Source: an uncultured Mobiluncus sp.
Lineage (GTDB): Bacteria > Actinomycetota > Actinomycetes > Actinomycetales > Actinomycetaceae
Assembly: GCF_902488535.1 (NCBI RefSeq)
Contig: NZ_CABTWO010000013.1
Location: forward strand, 571 to 64,570
Direction of reading: 5' to 3'
DNA: 64,000 bases
Of this stretch, positions 20,687 through 29,350 are shown in pieces (the stretch's first letter is position 1; each line of letters begins with the position of its first letter). The translations under genes and the position numbers were made by a program. The notes under the pieces were generated by a model. The model was not told where the DNA came from, did not search any database, and saw only the letters and a list, made by a program, of their open reading frames with translations.

Positions 20687-21418
20687 TTAATCCTTTCGGT
20701 AGTAATCCTTCATCATGGTGTACTTCATCACGGTACCGATGAGCGCACCCAGGCGACCCAAACCGAGACGAGCCGCGTGAAGGTCGATGAGCTCGACGAG
20801 GTTTCCATCCGGGTCACGGAAGAAGGCCCAGTCGGCGCCTCCCGCGGAAATCGGCTCATTCATGAACTCCACGCCTTCGCGGCGCAGGCGGTTCACCCAG
20901 CCACGCACGTTCGACACGTGGAAGGCGATGTGGGAGTATCCGGGCCGGTTCCAGGTCTCGCGTTCCTCCGACACCACGGGCGGATCGAACTCGAACACTT
21001 CCAGGATGTTACCGGAACGGGAACACATGAATCCCAGACGAACCCGCTTGATGCCCTCCACGTGGTACAACCGCTCGACAGGCTTCAAATCCTCGCCGGT
21101 GATTTCCAGGTAGTTCATCAGCTTCAGACCGAACACCCGGTCGTACCACTGGACGGCCCGCTCGAAGTTCGCCACGGTCACGCCCACATGGCCCAGACCC
21201 CAGTTGATACCGGCGCTAGACATCTTGTTGCGGCATTCCCGCTGCTTGCGTTCCAGGAACTCTTCCTTGCCCAGCTTTTTCAGCTCTAGGGCGTTATCGA
21301 CAGCCATCTTGGCGCCGTAGCCCAGCGCCGCGAGCACGCCGAGCTTGGTCGCTTTCCGGCAGGTTGCCTTCATGAAACGCCGCTTGCAACTAACTGTTTT
21401 GGCTGCTTTACTTCGCAT
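20687..21418 (-). CDS. VOC (glyoxalase/epimerase) family metalloenzyme with N-terminal hydrophobic segment
   Basis: GHVGVTV, LEVFEF, HIAFHV, FFRDPDGNLVELID give H/E/H/E metal ligands; start could instead be 21373. Confidence 0.8.
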   Translation of the reverse strand: MRSKAAKTVSCKRRFMKATCRKATKLGVLAALGYGAKMAVDNALELKKLGKEEFLERKQRECRNKMSSAGINWGLGHVGVTVANFERAVQWYDRVFGLKLMNYLEITGEDLKPVERLYHVEGIKRVRLGFMCSRSGNILEVFEFDPPVVSEERETWNRPGYSHIAFHVSNVRGWVNRLRREGVEFMNEPISAGGADWAFFRDPDGNLVELIDLHAARLGLGRLGALIGTVMKYTMMKDYYRKD

Positions 21419-22337
21419 AGTCACCCACCGCCATCATCAGTGCACCGAGTTCGGCACCGTATTCGGGCGAACCTTCCATTGACATACGTCCCGATGCTTG
21501 CGCATCCAGAAGGTCATCTGTCTGCAGCAAGGTTCCCAAAGCGGAGGTCACCGAGTCGAAACGCATCGTAAAGAACGCGGCACTGCGCGTGTATTCCCCA
21601 CGGAATGCCTTTGACTTCCCGGCTTTGATGCGAATATACGCACCGAGCTCGGGATGCCCGTCCACAGCGTACGCATAGACGCGGTCCGGCGACGGATCCG
21701 TCCACGCGTGCACAGCGGGATGCCCGGCCTTATTCAGCTGGCTCATTCCGGTGGTGAGCAGGTAGAACATACACTTCGTCAGCAGTTTCCGGTCGTCCTC
21801 GGTCTTGGGCGCTTCCGTCGCTCCCAGCAAGCTGGACATGGCCAGCAGGGACTTCACGGTTGCAACCAAAAGCCCGGGATTGCCCAGCCCTCCGCGAATC
21901 TTGGGCAGGTTCACCTTGCCTTTAAAGAAGTCGTTGAACTTCTCGGGGGAGGGGAACTCGATTTCCACATTCGGCAGCGGGTGAGCGCCCAGCTTCGGCG
22001 TGACGTTCGCACCGTGAATAATCAGGTGCGTGGCGTAACGCTCCGGGCGTCCGTCTATCGACGTGCCCGCCGGGGTCAGACAAGAAATCTGAACCACGCC
22101 ATCCTTGCCCTTGAAGGCGGCCGCCAAATCCGGCTTTTCGGCGATAATCGGCTTCAACAGCGGAATAACCGCGTTGAGGAACACCACGTTGGCGTAGCGA
22201 ACTTCGTCGTCGATATTGGGATTGGGGCCCATCGGGAACGGCTTGGCTTTCGATTTCTTTTCACAAGATTCCCCGCACGCCTTATCGGGCTTAGTTGCCT
22301 TAGGCGGGGCGGAGCTTTGTTTCGTTTCTTTAGTCAT
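21408..22337 (-). CDS. hypothetical protein, probable tandem SCP2-like lipid-binding domains
   Basis: Two halves ending PNVEIEFPSPEKFNDFFKG and FFTMRFDSVTSALGTLL..DAQASGRMSMEG, resembling the SCP2 C-terminal pattern. Confidence 0.55.
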   Translation of the reverse strand: MTKETKQSSAPPKATKPDKACGESCEKKSKAKPFPMGPNPNIDDEVRYANVVFLNAVIPLLKPIIAEKPDLAAAFKGKDGVVQISCLTPAGTSIDGRPERYATHLIIHGANVTPKLGAHPLPNVEIEFPSPEKFNDFFKGKVNLPKIRGGLGNPGLLVATVKSLLAMSSLLGATEAPKTEDDRKLLTKCMFYLLTTGMSQLNKAGHPAVHAWTDPSPDRVYAYAVDGHPELGAYIRIKAGKSKAFRGEYTRSAAFFTMRFDSVTSALGTLLQTDDLLDAQASGRMSMEGSPEYGAELGALMMAVGDYAK

Positions 22338-22348
22338 TGCGCGCTACC

Positions 22349-23359
22349 TTAGAACTCGTCTTCCCAGTCGTCGTCCTCCTCGAAGTCCATGTGCATGACT
22401 TCACGAGCGGCGGCCACACAGCCGTTTTCGTCCCAGCCGTAGTGGGAGTACAGGTCCTCAGGCTGGCCGATAACCGAGAATTCGTCGGGGATGCCGAGCT
22501 TCTTTAACACGAAGCCCTTGCGGGTGGTAGCGCCGACATCGGCCACTGCGGTCCCCAGGCCGTTGATGATGTTGTGGTCCTCAACGGTGATGATACGCCG
22601 AGTTTCGGTAATCGCCTTGGCGATGGCCTCCTCATCAATCGGTTTCAAGGTGTGGATGTCCAGCACGCGCACGCTCAGACCGTCCTCTTTGGCGAGGATA
22701 TCGGCAGCCTGCAAGGCACGCCACACGCCGGAGCCGGTCGCGATGAACGTGAGGTCCGTACCTTCGCGCAAAGTGTTGGCCTTGCCGAATTCGAAGGTCG
22801 GAATCTCGTCACGGTAGACAATCTGGTCAAAACCGCGGTTCAGACGCAGATATACCGGTCCAACATGGTCGTAGGCAGCCTGTACACAGTAGGCGGCCTC
22901 CAGACCGTCAGCCGGACACATGACCACCAGGTTTGCAAAACTACGCAGAATCGCGATGTCTTCGGTGACGTGGTGAGTGGTACCGGCAGCCCCGAAGGAC
23001 AACCCTGAGTGGGTGCCGATAATCTTCACATTGAGATTCTGGTAGCAGATGTCGGTGCGGATTTGTTCGCAAGCACGCAGAGCCGCGAACGCCCCGAACG
23101 TGGAGACGAACGGCATCAGCCCCGCTTTTGCCAGCCCGGCGGAGATACCGAACATATTCTGTTCCGCGATACCCACGTTATAGAACCGCTCGGGGAACTC
23201 TTTGGCAAACACGGAAATCTTGGTAGATTTCGCCAGATCAGCCGAAAGCCCCACGATGGTGGGATCCTGCTTGCCTAGTTGCACCAGAGTCTGACCGTAT
23301 ACCTCCGCGGTGGTCAGATTAACCGCGTCAATCGAAGTGTAAGTTAATCCTCCAGCCAT
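22349..23359 (-). CDS. transketolase-like protein, C-terminal (pyrimidine-binding) subunit
   Basis: ADLAKST, NVGIAEQNM, RACEQIR, GTTHH, GPVYLRL, TLKPID, VEDH. Confidence 0.92.
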   Translation of the reverse strand: MAGGLTYTSIDAVNLTTAEVYGQTLVQLGKQDPTIVGLSADLAKSTKISVFAKEFPERFYNVGIAEQNMFGISAGLAKAGLMPFVSTFGAFAALRACEQIRTDICYQNLNVKIIGTHSGLSFGAAGTTHHVTEDIAILRSFANLVVMCPADGLEAAYCVQAAYDHVGPVYLRLNRGFDQIVYRDEIPTFEFGKANTLREGTDLTFIATGSGVWRALQAADILAKEDGLSVRVLDIHTLKPIDEEAIAKAITETRRIITVEDHNIINGLGTAVADVGATTRKGFVLKKLGIPDEFSVIGQPEDLYSHYGWDENGCVAAAREVMHMDFEEDDDWEDEF

Positions 23360-23361
23360 GT

Positions 23362-24225
23362 TTAGGCTCCCTTCACTAGCTCGAGTCGTTTCTGCAGGTG
23401 TCGCTTGAGAGATTCGACTGCCTTGGCATGCTTTTCGTCGTCAACAGCGCCGTAGTGCCAGGTGTAGTCGCCTTCCATGAAGTCGATACCTTCGCCCTTC
23501 ACCGTGTCCATCAGCAACATGGTGGGCTTACCCTTGATGGTGCGCGCCCGATCAAAAGCGTCTACCAAATCGGGTATCGAGTTACCTTTGACCTCAATGA
23601 CTTCCCAGTTGAATGCACGCCACTTGTCAGCAAACGGTTCCAGACCCATGACGTCGGCGGTCATGCCGTCAATCATGGCGTGGTTGACATCCACGATGCC
23701 CACCAGGTTGTCTACCTTGAACTGGCCGGCACTCATGGCGGCTTCCCAGATGGAGCCTTCGTTGCATTCACCGTCGCCCATCAGGCAGTAAGTGCGCCAT
23801 TCCTTGCCGAGCTGACGTGCTCCGAGAGCCATACCCACCGCGAGGGACAGGCCGTGTCCCAGCGAACCCGTGGAAACTTCCAGACCGGGAACCTTGCCCG
23901 CGTCCAGGTGAATACCCAGGTGAGAAAGGATATGCGAGTAGGTCGGCAACCAGTCCTTGGGGAAGCACCCCAAGTCTGCGAGAACCGGCCCCATACCCAC
24001 GCCGATGTGACCCTTGGAGAGCACGAAACGGTCACGATCCGGGTCGTCCATCTTGTCGGCGCTGAAATTCATCTCGTGATGATACAGAACAGTGAGTACA
24101 TCCATGGAGCTCATAGCACCACCAATGTGACCACCACCTGCCCAAACCACCGTGTCGAGAGTGAGCAGACGCAGCCGATTGGCGATTTCTTCGAGTTCCT
24201 TGTGTTCTTTAGCCGATAAAGCCAT
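23362..24225 (-). CDS. transketolase-like protein, N-terminal ThDP-binding subunit
   Basis: GHIGG, DRFVLSKGH, STGSLGHG, GDGECNEGSIWEA..N, TVKGEG..WH. Confidence 0.92.
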   Translation of the reverse strand: MALSAKEHKELEEIANRLRLLTLDTVVWAGGGHIGGAMSSMDVLTVLYHHEMNFSADKMDDPDRDRFVLSKGHIGVGMGPVLADLGCFPKDWLPTYSHILSHLGIHLDAGKVPGLEVSTGSLGHGLSLAVGMALGARQLGKEWRTYCLMGDGECNEGSIWEAAMSAGQFKVDNLVGIVDVNHAMIDGMTADVMGLEPFADKWRAFNWEVIEVKGNSIPDLVDAFDRARTIKGKPTMLLMDTVKGEGIDFMEGDYTWHYGAVDDEKHAKAVESLKRHLQKRLELVKGA

Positions 24226-24239
24226 CTTTCCTCCTTTGC

Positions 24240-25523
24240 TTAGGCCTGAGCCAGAATCTCACGTGACTTGTTCTTAACGACGCCCATCGCTTCGTCAGCC
24301 ACGTCAGCGATGAAGTCGATGTCCTTGTCGGTCAAGGCCGTGTTCATGAAGTGGTTGTGGTGGTTCGTCATGAACACGCCGCGCTTCACACATTCACCCA
24401 CGAAAGCCTGATGCAGCAGCAGGTTCGGGTCTGCCTTGCCGTCAAGCCCTCTAATCTGGTGGAACAGCAGAGCCGGTTCGCCACTGAAGTGGTAGTCAAA
24501 GCCGTGGTGCTTGGCCACTTCAGTCAGACGCTCAATGACCTTCACGCCGTTGTCGTGGCAAATCTTTGCCGCATCGATTTCACGCATCTTGGTGATGCAG
24601 GCAATCGCGGCCGCCATCGGCGGGGCGCTCATCCAGTACGAACCGGTGCACATCACGGAGGCGGCGGCGTCCTTGAGGGACTCGATGCCGGTCACCGCCG
24701 AGATATTGTGTCCGTTGGCGATAGCCTTGCAGAAGCACTCCAAGTCGGCCTTAAAACCGTAGTGGTAGTCGGAACCCTTGATATCCAAACGCCAACCGCA
24801 GCGCACATCGTCAACGATGAGGACGATGCCTTCGCGGTCACAGATGGAACGAATCTTGTTCCAGTAGCCAGCTGGCGGCAAGACGTTGTCCTCAAAGACC
24901 GGGTGGTGGTACGGGGTAGCGATAAAGGCGGCAATCTCGCCCTTATATTCAGCCGCGAGACGTTCCACCGCGGCGGTGTCGCCCCAATCCACCAGCAGCT
25001 TGTCTTCGACTTCTTTCTTGCCCACGCCGGGGGCGCCCCAACCTTGGGTCCACCCAATCACGCCGTGATAGCCGCCGTTGATAGCGATGAACTTGTCCCG
25101 TCCGGTAGCGGCACGCGCCACCATCAGAGCGTAGTTCGTAGCATCCCCGCCGTTCTTGGCAAAGAAAGCCCAGTCGGCCATTTCGACCGTATCCACCATC
25201 AACTCGGCCAAATCGACCATGATAGTGCCGGGCTGCACCGCGCAGTTCAGGATTTTGGCCTGCTCAGCTACGGCTTTATCCACATCGGGGTCGTTGTATC
25301 CCAGAATCATGGGACCGTAGGCGCACATCATATCGACGTACTTGTTGCCGTCCACGTCCCAGAAGTAGGTGCCCTGCGCTTTCGAGGCAAACAGGGGGTA
25401 GGCGCTGATAGGCATGAAACAGCCTTCTGCCGGCCCCAAGTGCCCATAGACGCCGCCGGGGATAACCTCAACCGCGCGCTCATACCATTCGTGGCTCTTG
25501 GTGTGTTCGTAAGTTTTCATCAT
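24240..25523 (-). CDS. class III PLP aminotransferase, FumI (aminopentol aminotransferase)-like
   Basis: VIPGGVYGH, WDVDGNKYVDMMCAYGP, FAKNGGDAT, GYHG, VDDVRCGWR, PLP lysine in CFCKAIANG, TGSYW. Confidence 0.85.
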   Translation of the reverse strand: MMKTYEHTKSHEWYERAVEVIPGGVYGHLGPAEGCFMPISAYPLFASKAQGTYFWDVDGNKYVDMMCAYGPMILGYNDPDVDKAVAEQAKILNCAVQPGTIMVDLAELMVDTVEMADWAFFAKNGGDATNYALMVARAATGRDKFIAINGGYHGVIGWTQGWGAPGVGKKEVEDKLLVDWGDTAAVERLAAEYKGEIAAFIATPYHHPVFEDNVLPPAGYWNKIRSICDREGIVLIVDDVRCGWRLDIKGSDYHYGFKADLECFCKAIANGHNISAVTGIESLKDAAASVMCTGSYWMSAPPMAAAIACITKMREIDAAKICHDNGVKVIERLTEVAKHHGFDYHFSGEPALLFHQIRGLDGKADPNLLLHQAFVGECVKRGVFMTNHHNHFMNTALTDKDIDFIADVADEAMGVVKNKSREILAQA

Positions 25524-25552
25524 TTTGTTTTGTCCTTCCTCACGCGCGTTTT

Positions 25553-26323
25553 CTAGCTCAAGTAGAACGGCACCATGCCGAGGATCTTGTTCATGTTGTC
25601 CAACAGGGGAACGTATCCACCCAGCTTAATCAGCTCTCGACCGATAGCGGGATAGGACGCGAGTTCACCGCGCAGGACCTGGCCGGTCGTATCCAAATCA
25701 GAAAAGACCATGAAAGCGTGACGTCCGTGAGGACCCGCGGCCTTGGGCTCATCGCCGTCGACGATGCGCGCGTGGTGGTCGTTGATGACCATGGTCAAAG
25801 CCGGACCGTTGGCAATCTTTAATCCGATAGTGCCGTCGCACATGCCCTTAGCGACCTGGACGCCCTTGGGGTCGTGGTTGGCAATCTCAGCCATCGCATA
25901 GACCGCTACGTGCAACGTCAGCAGGGAGTTAATCCTCGCAAACTCGGGGTCCTGCAGCAGCTGCGGGGTTGGCCGCAAGTAGTAGGACAGCCGGTCGGTC
26001 ACCTCGGTGAACGTACCGGTCAAGTACTTCAGTTTGGTGAAGCCCTTGAGCGGTACGGGAATCCCCTTGCCTTCGAACATCTTGTTGACCATGTTCGGCA
26101 CGGGGAAACCCAGGCTCATGTCAGCCGGACCTCCACCGGGGAAGAACTCAATTTTGCCGTTGCCCAGCTTGAGCCGGACAGAACCGACGTTCGCTGCCTT
26201 GAATTGCAAGGTCAGCGGGACATGTTCCAAGAGCTGTTTCGACTTGGGGTCGAGCTCCGGGAGCTTCTCGAGTGTACGCAAAACTGCCTTAAGATTGACG
26301 GCAGCCATAGCAGTTTGATTCAT
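25553..26323 (-). CDS. hypothetical protein, probable tandem SCP2-like lipid-binding domains
   Basis: Internal duplication (ELDPK.. / NHDPK..); C-half AFMVFSDLDTTGQVLRGELASYPAIGRELIKLGG fits the SCP2 pattern. Confidence 0.55.
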   Translation of the reverse strand: MNQTAMAAVNLKAVLRTLEKLPELDPKSKQLLEHVPLTLQFKAANVGSVRLKLGNGKIEFFPGGGPADMSLGFPVPNMVNKMFEGKGIPVPLKGFTKLKYLTGTFTEVTDRLSYYLRPTPQLLQDPEFARINSLLTLHVAVYAMAEIANHDPKGVQVAKGMCDGTIGLKIANGPALTMVINDHHARIVDGDEPKAAGPHGRHAFMVFSDLDTTGQVLRGELASYPAIGRELIKLGGYVPLLDNMNKILGMVPFYLS

Positions 26324-26366
26324 AAACCCACCTCATCGTGTGTTTTGTGTTTACTTGGCAAATGCA

Positions 26367-26372
26367 ATTATA
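26367..26372 (-). promoter_or_regulatory. -10 box of the six-gene operon
   Basis: Perfect TATAAT on the minus strand about 45 nt before the ATG, with GAGGTG RBS. Confidence 0.55.
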
Positions 26373-26593
26373 GTGTGGAATCCAATTTTTGTGCAGTAGT
26401 TTCACGGGAGTGTTTTTCGGGATTTTAACTGAAATGCTCCCATATTCGCGGATTCGCGGTTGAGGTTCGGGCTGGACGGAGGCACCGAATTCGTCCCCGG
26501 AGGTTTGCCAGCTAAACTAGGGCTGGTGCCTTCCCGCTGGAAAACCAGGAAAAAGCGCGGGACGGTAGAAAGCAACATCAATAAGGAGCACAA

Positions 26594-27979
26594 GTGGCAT
26601 CAACGATGGATTCAGTAATTTCTTTGGCGAAACGCCGCGGTTTTGTTTACCCATGTGGTGACATCTACGGCGGGACGCGCGCGGCGTGGGACTACGGCCC
26701 CTTGGGTGTAGAACTGAAAGAAAACATCAAGAAGGCCTGGTGGAACTACATGGTACGTTCCCGCGAGGACGTGGTGGGTCTGGACTCCTCGGTAATTTTG
26801 CCGCCGAAAGTGTGGGACGCTTCGGGCCACCTCAAGGCTTTCACTGACCCGCTCATCGAGTGTCTCAACTGCCACAAGCGCTTGCGCGAGGACGACCTGC
26901 AGGAACAGTACGCTGAGAAACACGGCATTGCGAAACCAGACGATGTCAGCATGGATGACGTCTCCTGCCCGAACTGTGGCGTCAAGGGGAAGTGGACGGA
27001 ACCCCGGGCTTTCTCGGGACTGCTTAAGACCTACCTGGGACCGGTGGACGACGAATCCGGCCTGCACTTCCTGCGCCCGGAAACCGCCCAAGGCATCTTT
27101 ATCAACTTCGCCAACGTGATGACGACTGCTCGCAAGCGCCCGCCCTTCGGCATCGGCCAGATTGGTAAGTCTTTCCGCAACGAAATCACTCCGGGCAACT
27201 TCATCTTCCGTACCCGCGAGTTTGAACAGATGGAGCTGGAGTTCTTTGTGGAACCCGGCACCGACGAAGAATGGCACCAGTACTGGATTGACCACCGCTT
27301 TGAGTGGTACACCGACCTGGGGATTAAGGCGGAAAACCTGCGGTTGTATGAACATCCGAAGGAAAAGCTGTCGCACTATTCCAAGCGCACGGTGGACATC
27401 GAGTACGCCTTCGGTTTTGAAAACTCCAAGTGGGGCGAGCTGGAGGGCATCGCCAACCGTACCGACTATGACCTGGGCGTACATATGGACGCCAGCGGTC
27501 AGAAACTCGATTATTACGACCAGGCCAACGACAAGCGCTGGATTCCTTACGTTATCGAGCCCTCCGCCGGTTTGACTCGCTCCCTGATGGCTTTCCTGAT
27601 TGAGGCCTACACCGAGGACGAAGCCCCGAACACCAAGGGCGGGGTGGACAAGCGGACCGTGCTGCGCCTCGACCCGCGCCTCAGCCCGGTTAAGGTGGCG
27701 GTCCTGCCGCTGTCCCGCAAGGACGAGTTGCCCGAAATCGCCCAAAATATCGCTGCTGAACTGCGCAAATACTGGAACGTGGAATATGACGATGCCGGGG
27801 CCGTGGGGCGCCGCTACCGCCGTCAAGACGAAATCGGCACGCCCTACTGCGTCACCGTGGACTTTGATTCCCTAGAGGACCAAGCCGTGACGGTTCGTGA
27901 ACGCGACACTATGACCCAAGAACGTATCGGACGGGATAACTTGGTCGCCTACCTGCGCGATCACCTGCCGATTTGCTAA
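26594..27979 (+). CDS. glyQS: glycine--tRNA ligase (alpha2 type)
   Basis: [58 protein letters not shown]. Confidence 0.97.
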   Translation: MASTMDSVISLAKRRGFVYPCGDIYGGTRAAWDYGPLGVELKENIKKAWWNYMVRSREDVVGLDSSVILPPKVWDASGHLKAFTDPLIECLNCHKRLREDDLQEQYAEKHGIAKPDDVSMDDVSCPNCGVKGKWTEPRAFSGLLKTYLGPVDDESGLHFLRPETAQGIFINFANVMTTARKRPPFGIGQIGKSFRNEITPGNFIFRTREFEQMELEFFVEPGTDEEWHQYWIDHRFEWYTDLGIKAENLRLYEHPKEKLSHYSKRTVDIEYAFGFENSKWGELEGIANRTDYDLGVHMDASGQKLDYYDQANDKRWIPYVIEPSAGLTRSLMAFLIEAYTEDEAPNTKGGVDKRTVLRLDPRLSPVKVAVLPLSRKDELPEIAQNIAAELRKYWNVEYDDAGAVGRRYRRQDEIGTPYCVTVDFDSLEDQAVTVRERDTMTQERIGRDNLVAYLRDHLPIC

Positions 27980-28024
27980 TGGCGCGGCGATTTTCCGCGA
28001 CTGAAATACCGGGCGGAGGCATTT

Positions 28025-29350
28025 TTGGCTCCACAGCATCCACAGTGTCCACAGTGTAAATACCCGCCTCTGCGCATTGGCGGGGTAGAGTTTACGACCC
28101 CCATTGCCCTAGCGCCGATGGCAGGGGTGACGAACGCTCCGTTTCGCGATTTGTGCGCGGAGTTTTCCCGTCAGGGCCTGCCGCCGGAGTTTGTTTCCGC
28201 GTCCCGCCCGGACGTCGCCTCCGGGACGCTTCGCGGCGTCGAGGGCATGTTCGTCAACGAAATGATTACCGCGAAAGCGCTAATGATGGACTCGGCGCGC
28301 TCGTGGATTATGGCGCAATCCGGTCCCGGACAAACCGTTCGAGTGCTGCAACTTTACGGGGTGGTGGGGGCTGACCTGGCCTGGGCGGCTCGTGAGCTTA
28401 TTGCTCGGGATCTGGTCGACGTTATTGACCTGAATTTTGGCTGCCCAGTCCCGAAAGTTACCCGCAAGGGCGGGGGAGCGGCTCTGCCGTGGAAAACCGC
28501 GTATTTTGGTGACCTCATCGAGCAGGTGGTGAGAGCGTCTCAAGAGGCCTCTCGGGCAGCCCGACGTGGCGTGGACGTGCCGGTGACCGTAAAAATCCGG
28601 GTCGGGATTGACGAAACTCACGAAACATTGCTGGACGCGGGACGGGCCGCGCAGGACGCAGGGGCAGCTGCCCTCACGCTGCACGCCCGCACTACGAACC
28701 AGTATTATTCCGGGCACTCCGATTGGTCGCGGATTGCCGAACTGGTAGACGCGTCGGACATTCCCGTGTTGGGCAATGGCGACGTGTTTTCCGCCCAGGA
28801 CGCGCTGGAAATGTTTGCGCAAACCGGATGTGCGGGAATCGAAATTGGCCGGGCTGTACAAGGCCGGCCCTGGATTTTTCGTGAAATCACGGCAGCTCTG
28901 TGGGGCCAGCCGATTCCTGCGGGACCGACCTTGGGAGAAATCGCTGCGATTATCCTGGCTCACGCCCGCGGACTGGTGGAACATTTCGGTAATGAACAGG
29001 CGGCCTTGCGAGATATGCGCAAACACGTGGGATGGTACTTGCGAGGTTTCAACCTGGGCGGAGCTACTCGTGCGGAGCTGACCCGCGTCGAAACATTAGA
29101 TGACCTGGAAAGTCGCCTGCACGACCTTTTGCAGTCGCTGGACCCAATCACCCCCTATCCCGAAGCGGCGCAAGGCAAGCATGGACGTTCGCGCGCCCAG
29201 CGCCACGTCAAGCTGCCCGAAGGCTGGCTTGACACCCGCGAAATCGATGCGGCGGCAGCTCGTGCCCTGCACCTAGCCGGTGAGGATGTCACTGACCCCT
29301 ACGCCAAATCAGGAGCGGATGGACTTTCAACCGATAGGCTTGAGTCGTGA
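28025..29350 (+). CDS. dusB: tRNA-dihydrouridine synthase
   Basis: LAPMAGVTN, DLNFGCPVPKV, KIRVG, LHART, GNGDV. Confidence 0.93.
   Translation: MAPQHPQCPQCKYPPLRIGGVEFTTPIALAPMAGVTNAPFRDLCAEFSRQGLPPEFVSASRPDVASGTLRGVEGMFVNEMITAKALMMDSARSWIMAQSGPGQTVRVLQLYGVVGADLAWAARELIARDLVDVIDLNFGCPVPKVTRKGGGAALPWKTAYFGDLIEQVVRASQEASRAARRGVDVPVTVKIRVGIDETHETLLDAGRAAQDAGAAALTLHARTTNQYYSGHSDWSRIAELVDASDIPVLGNGDVFSAQDALEMFAQTGCAGIEIGRAVQGRPWIFREITAALWGQPIPAGPTLGEIAAIILAHARGLVEHFGNEQAALRDMRKHVGWYLRGFNLGGATRAELTRVETLDDLESRLHDLLQSLDPITPYPEAAQGKHGRSRAQRHVKLPEGWLDTREIDAAAARALHLAGEDVTDPYAKSGADGLSTDRLES

Noticed and set aside
24240..25523. Annotation as hemL (GSA aminomutase)
   Set aside because: Lacks the PGGVNSPVR and FDEV signatures, and no tetrapyrrole genes are nearby
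26400..26593. T-box riboswitch upstream of glyQS
   Set aside because: No T-box consensus or antiterminator recognisable
28031..28057. Three 9-bp CCACAGyrT units at the dusB start
   Set aside because: In-frame, short and in a variable N-terminus; no switching consequence evident
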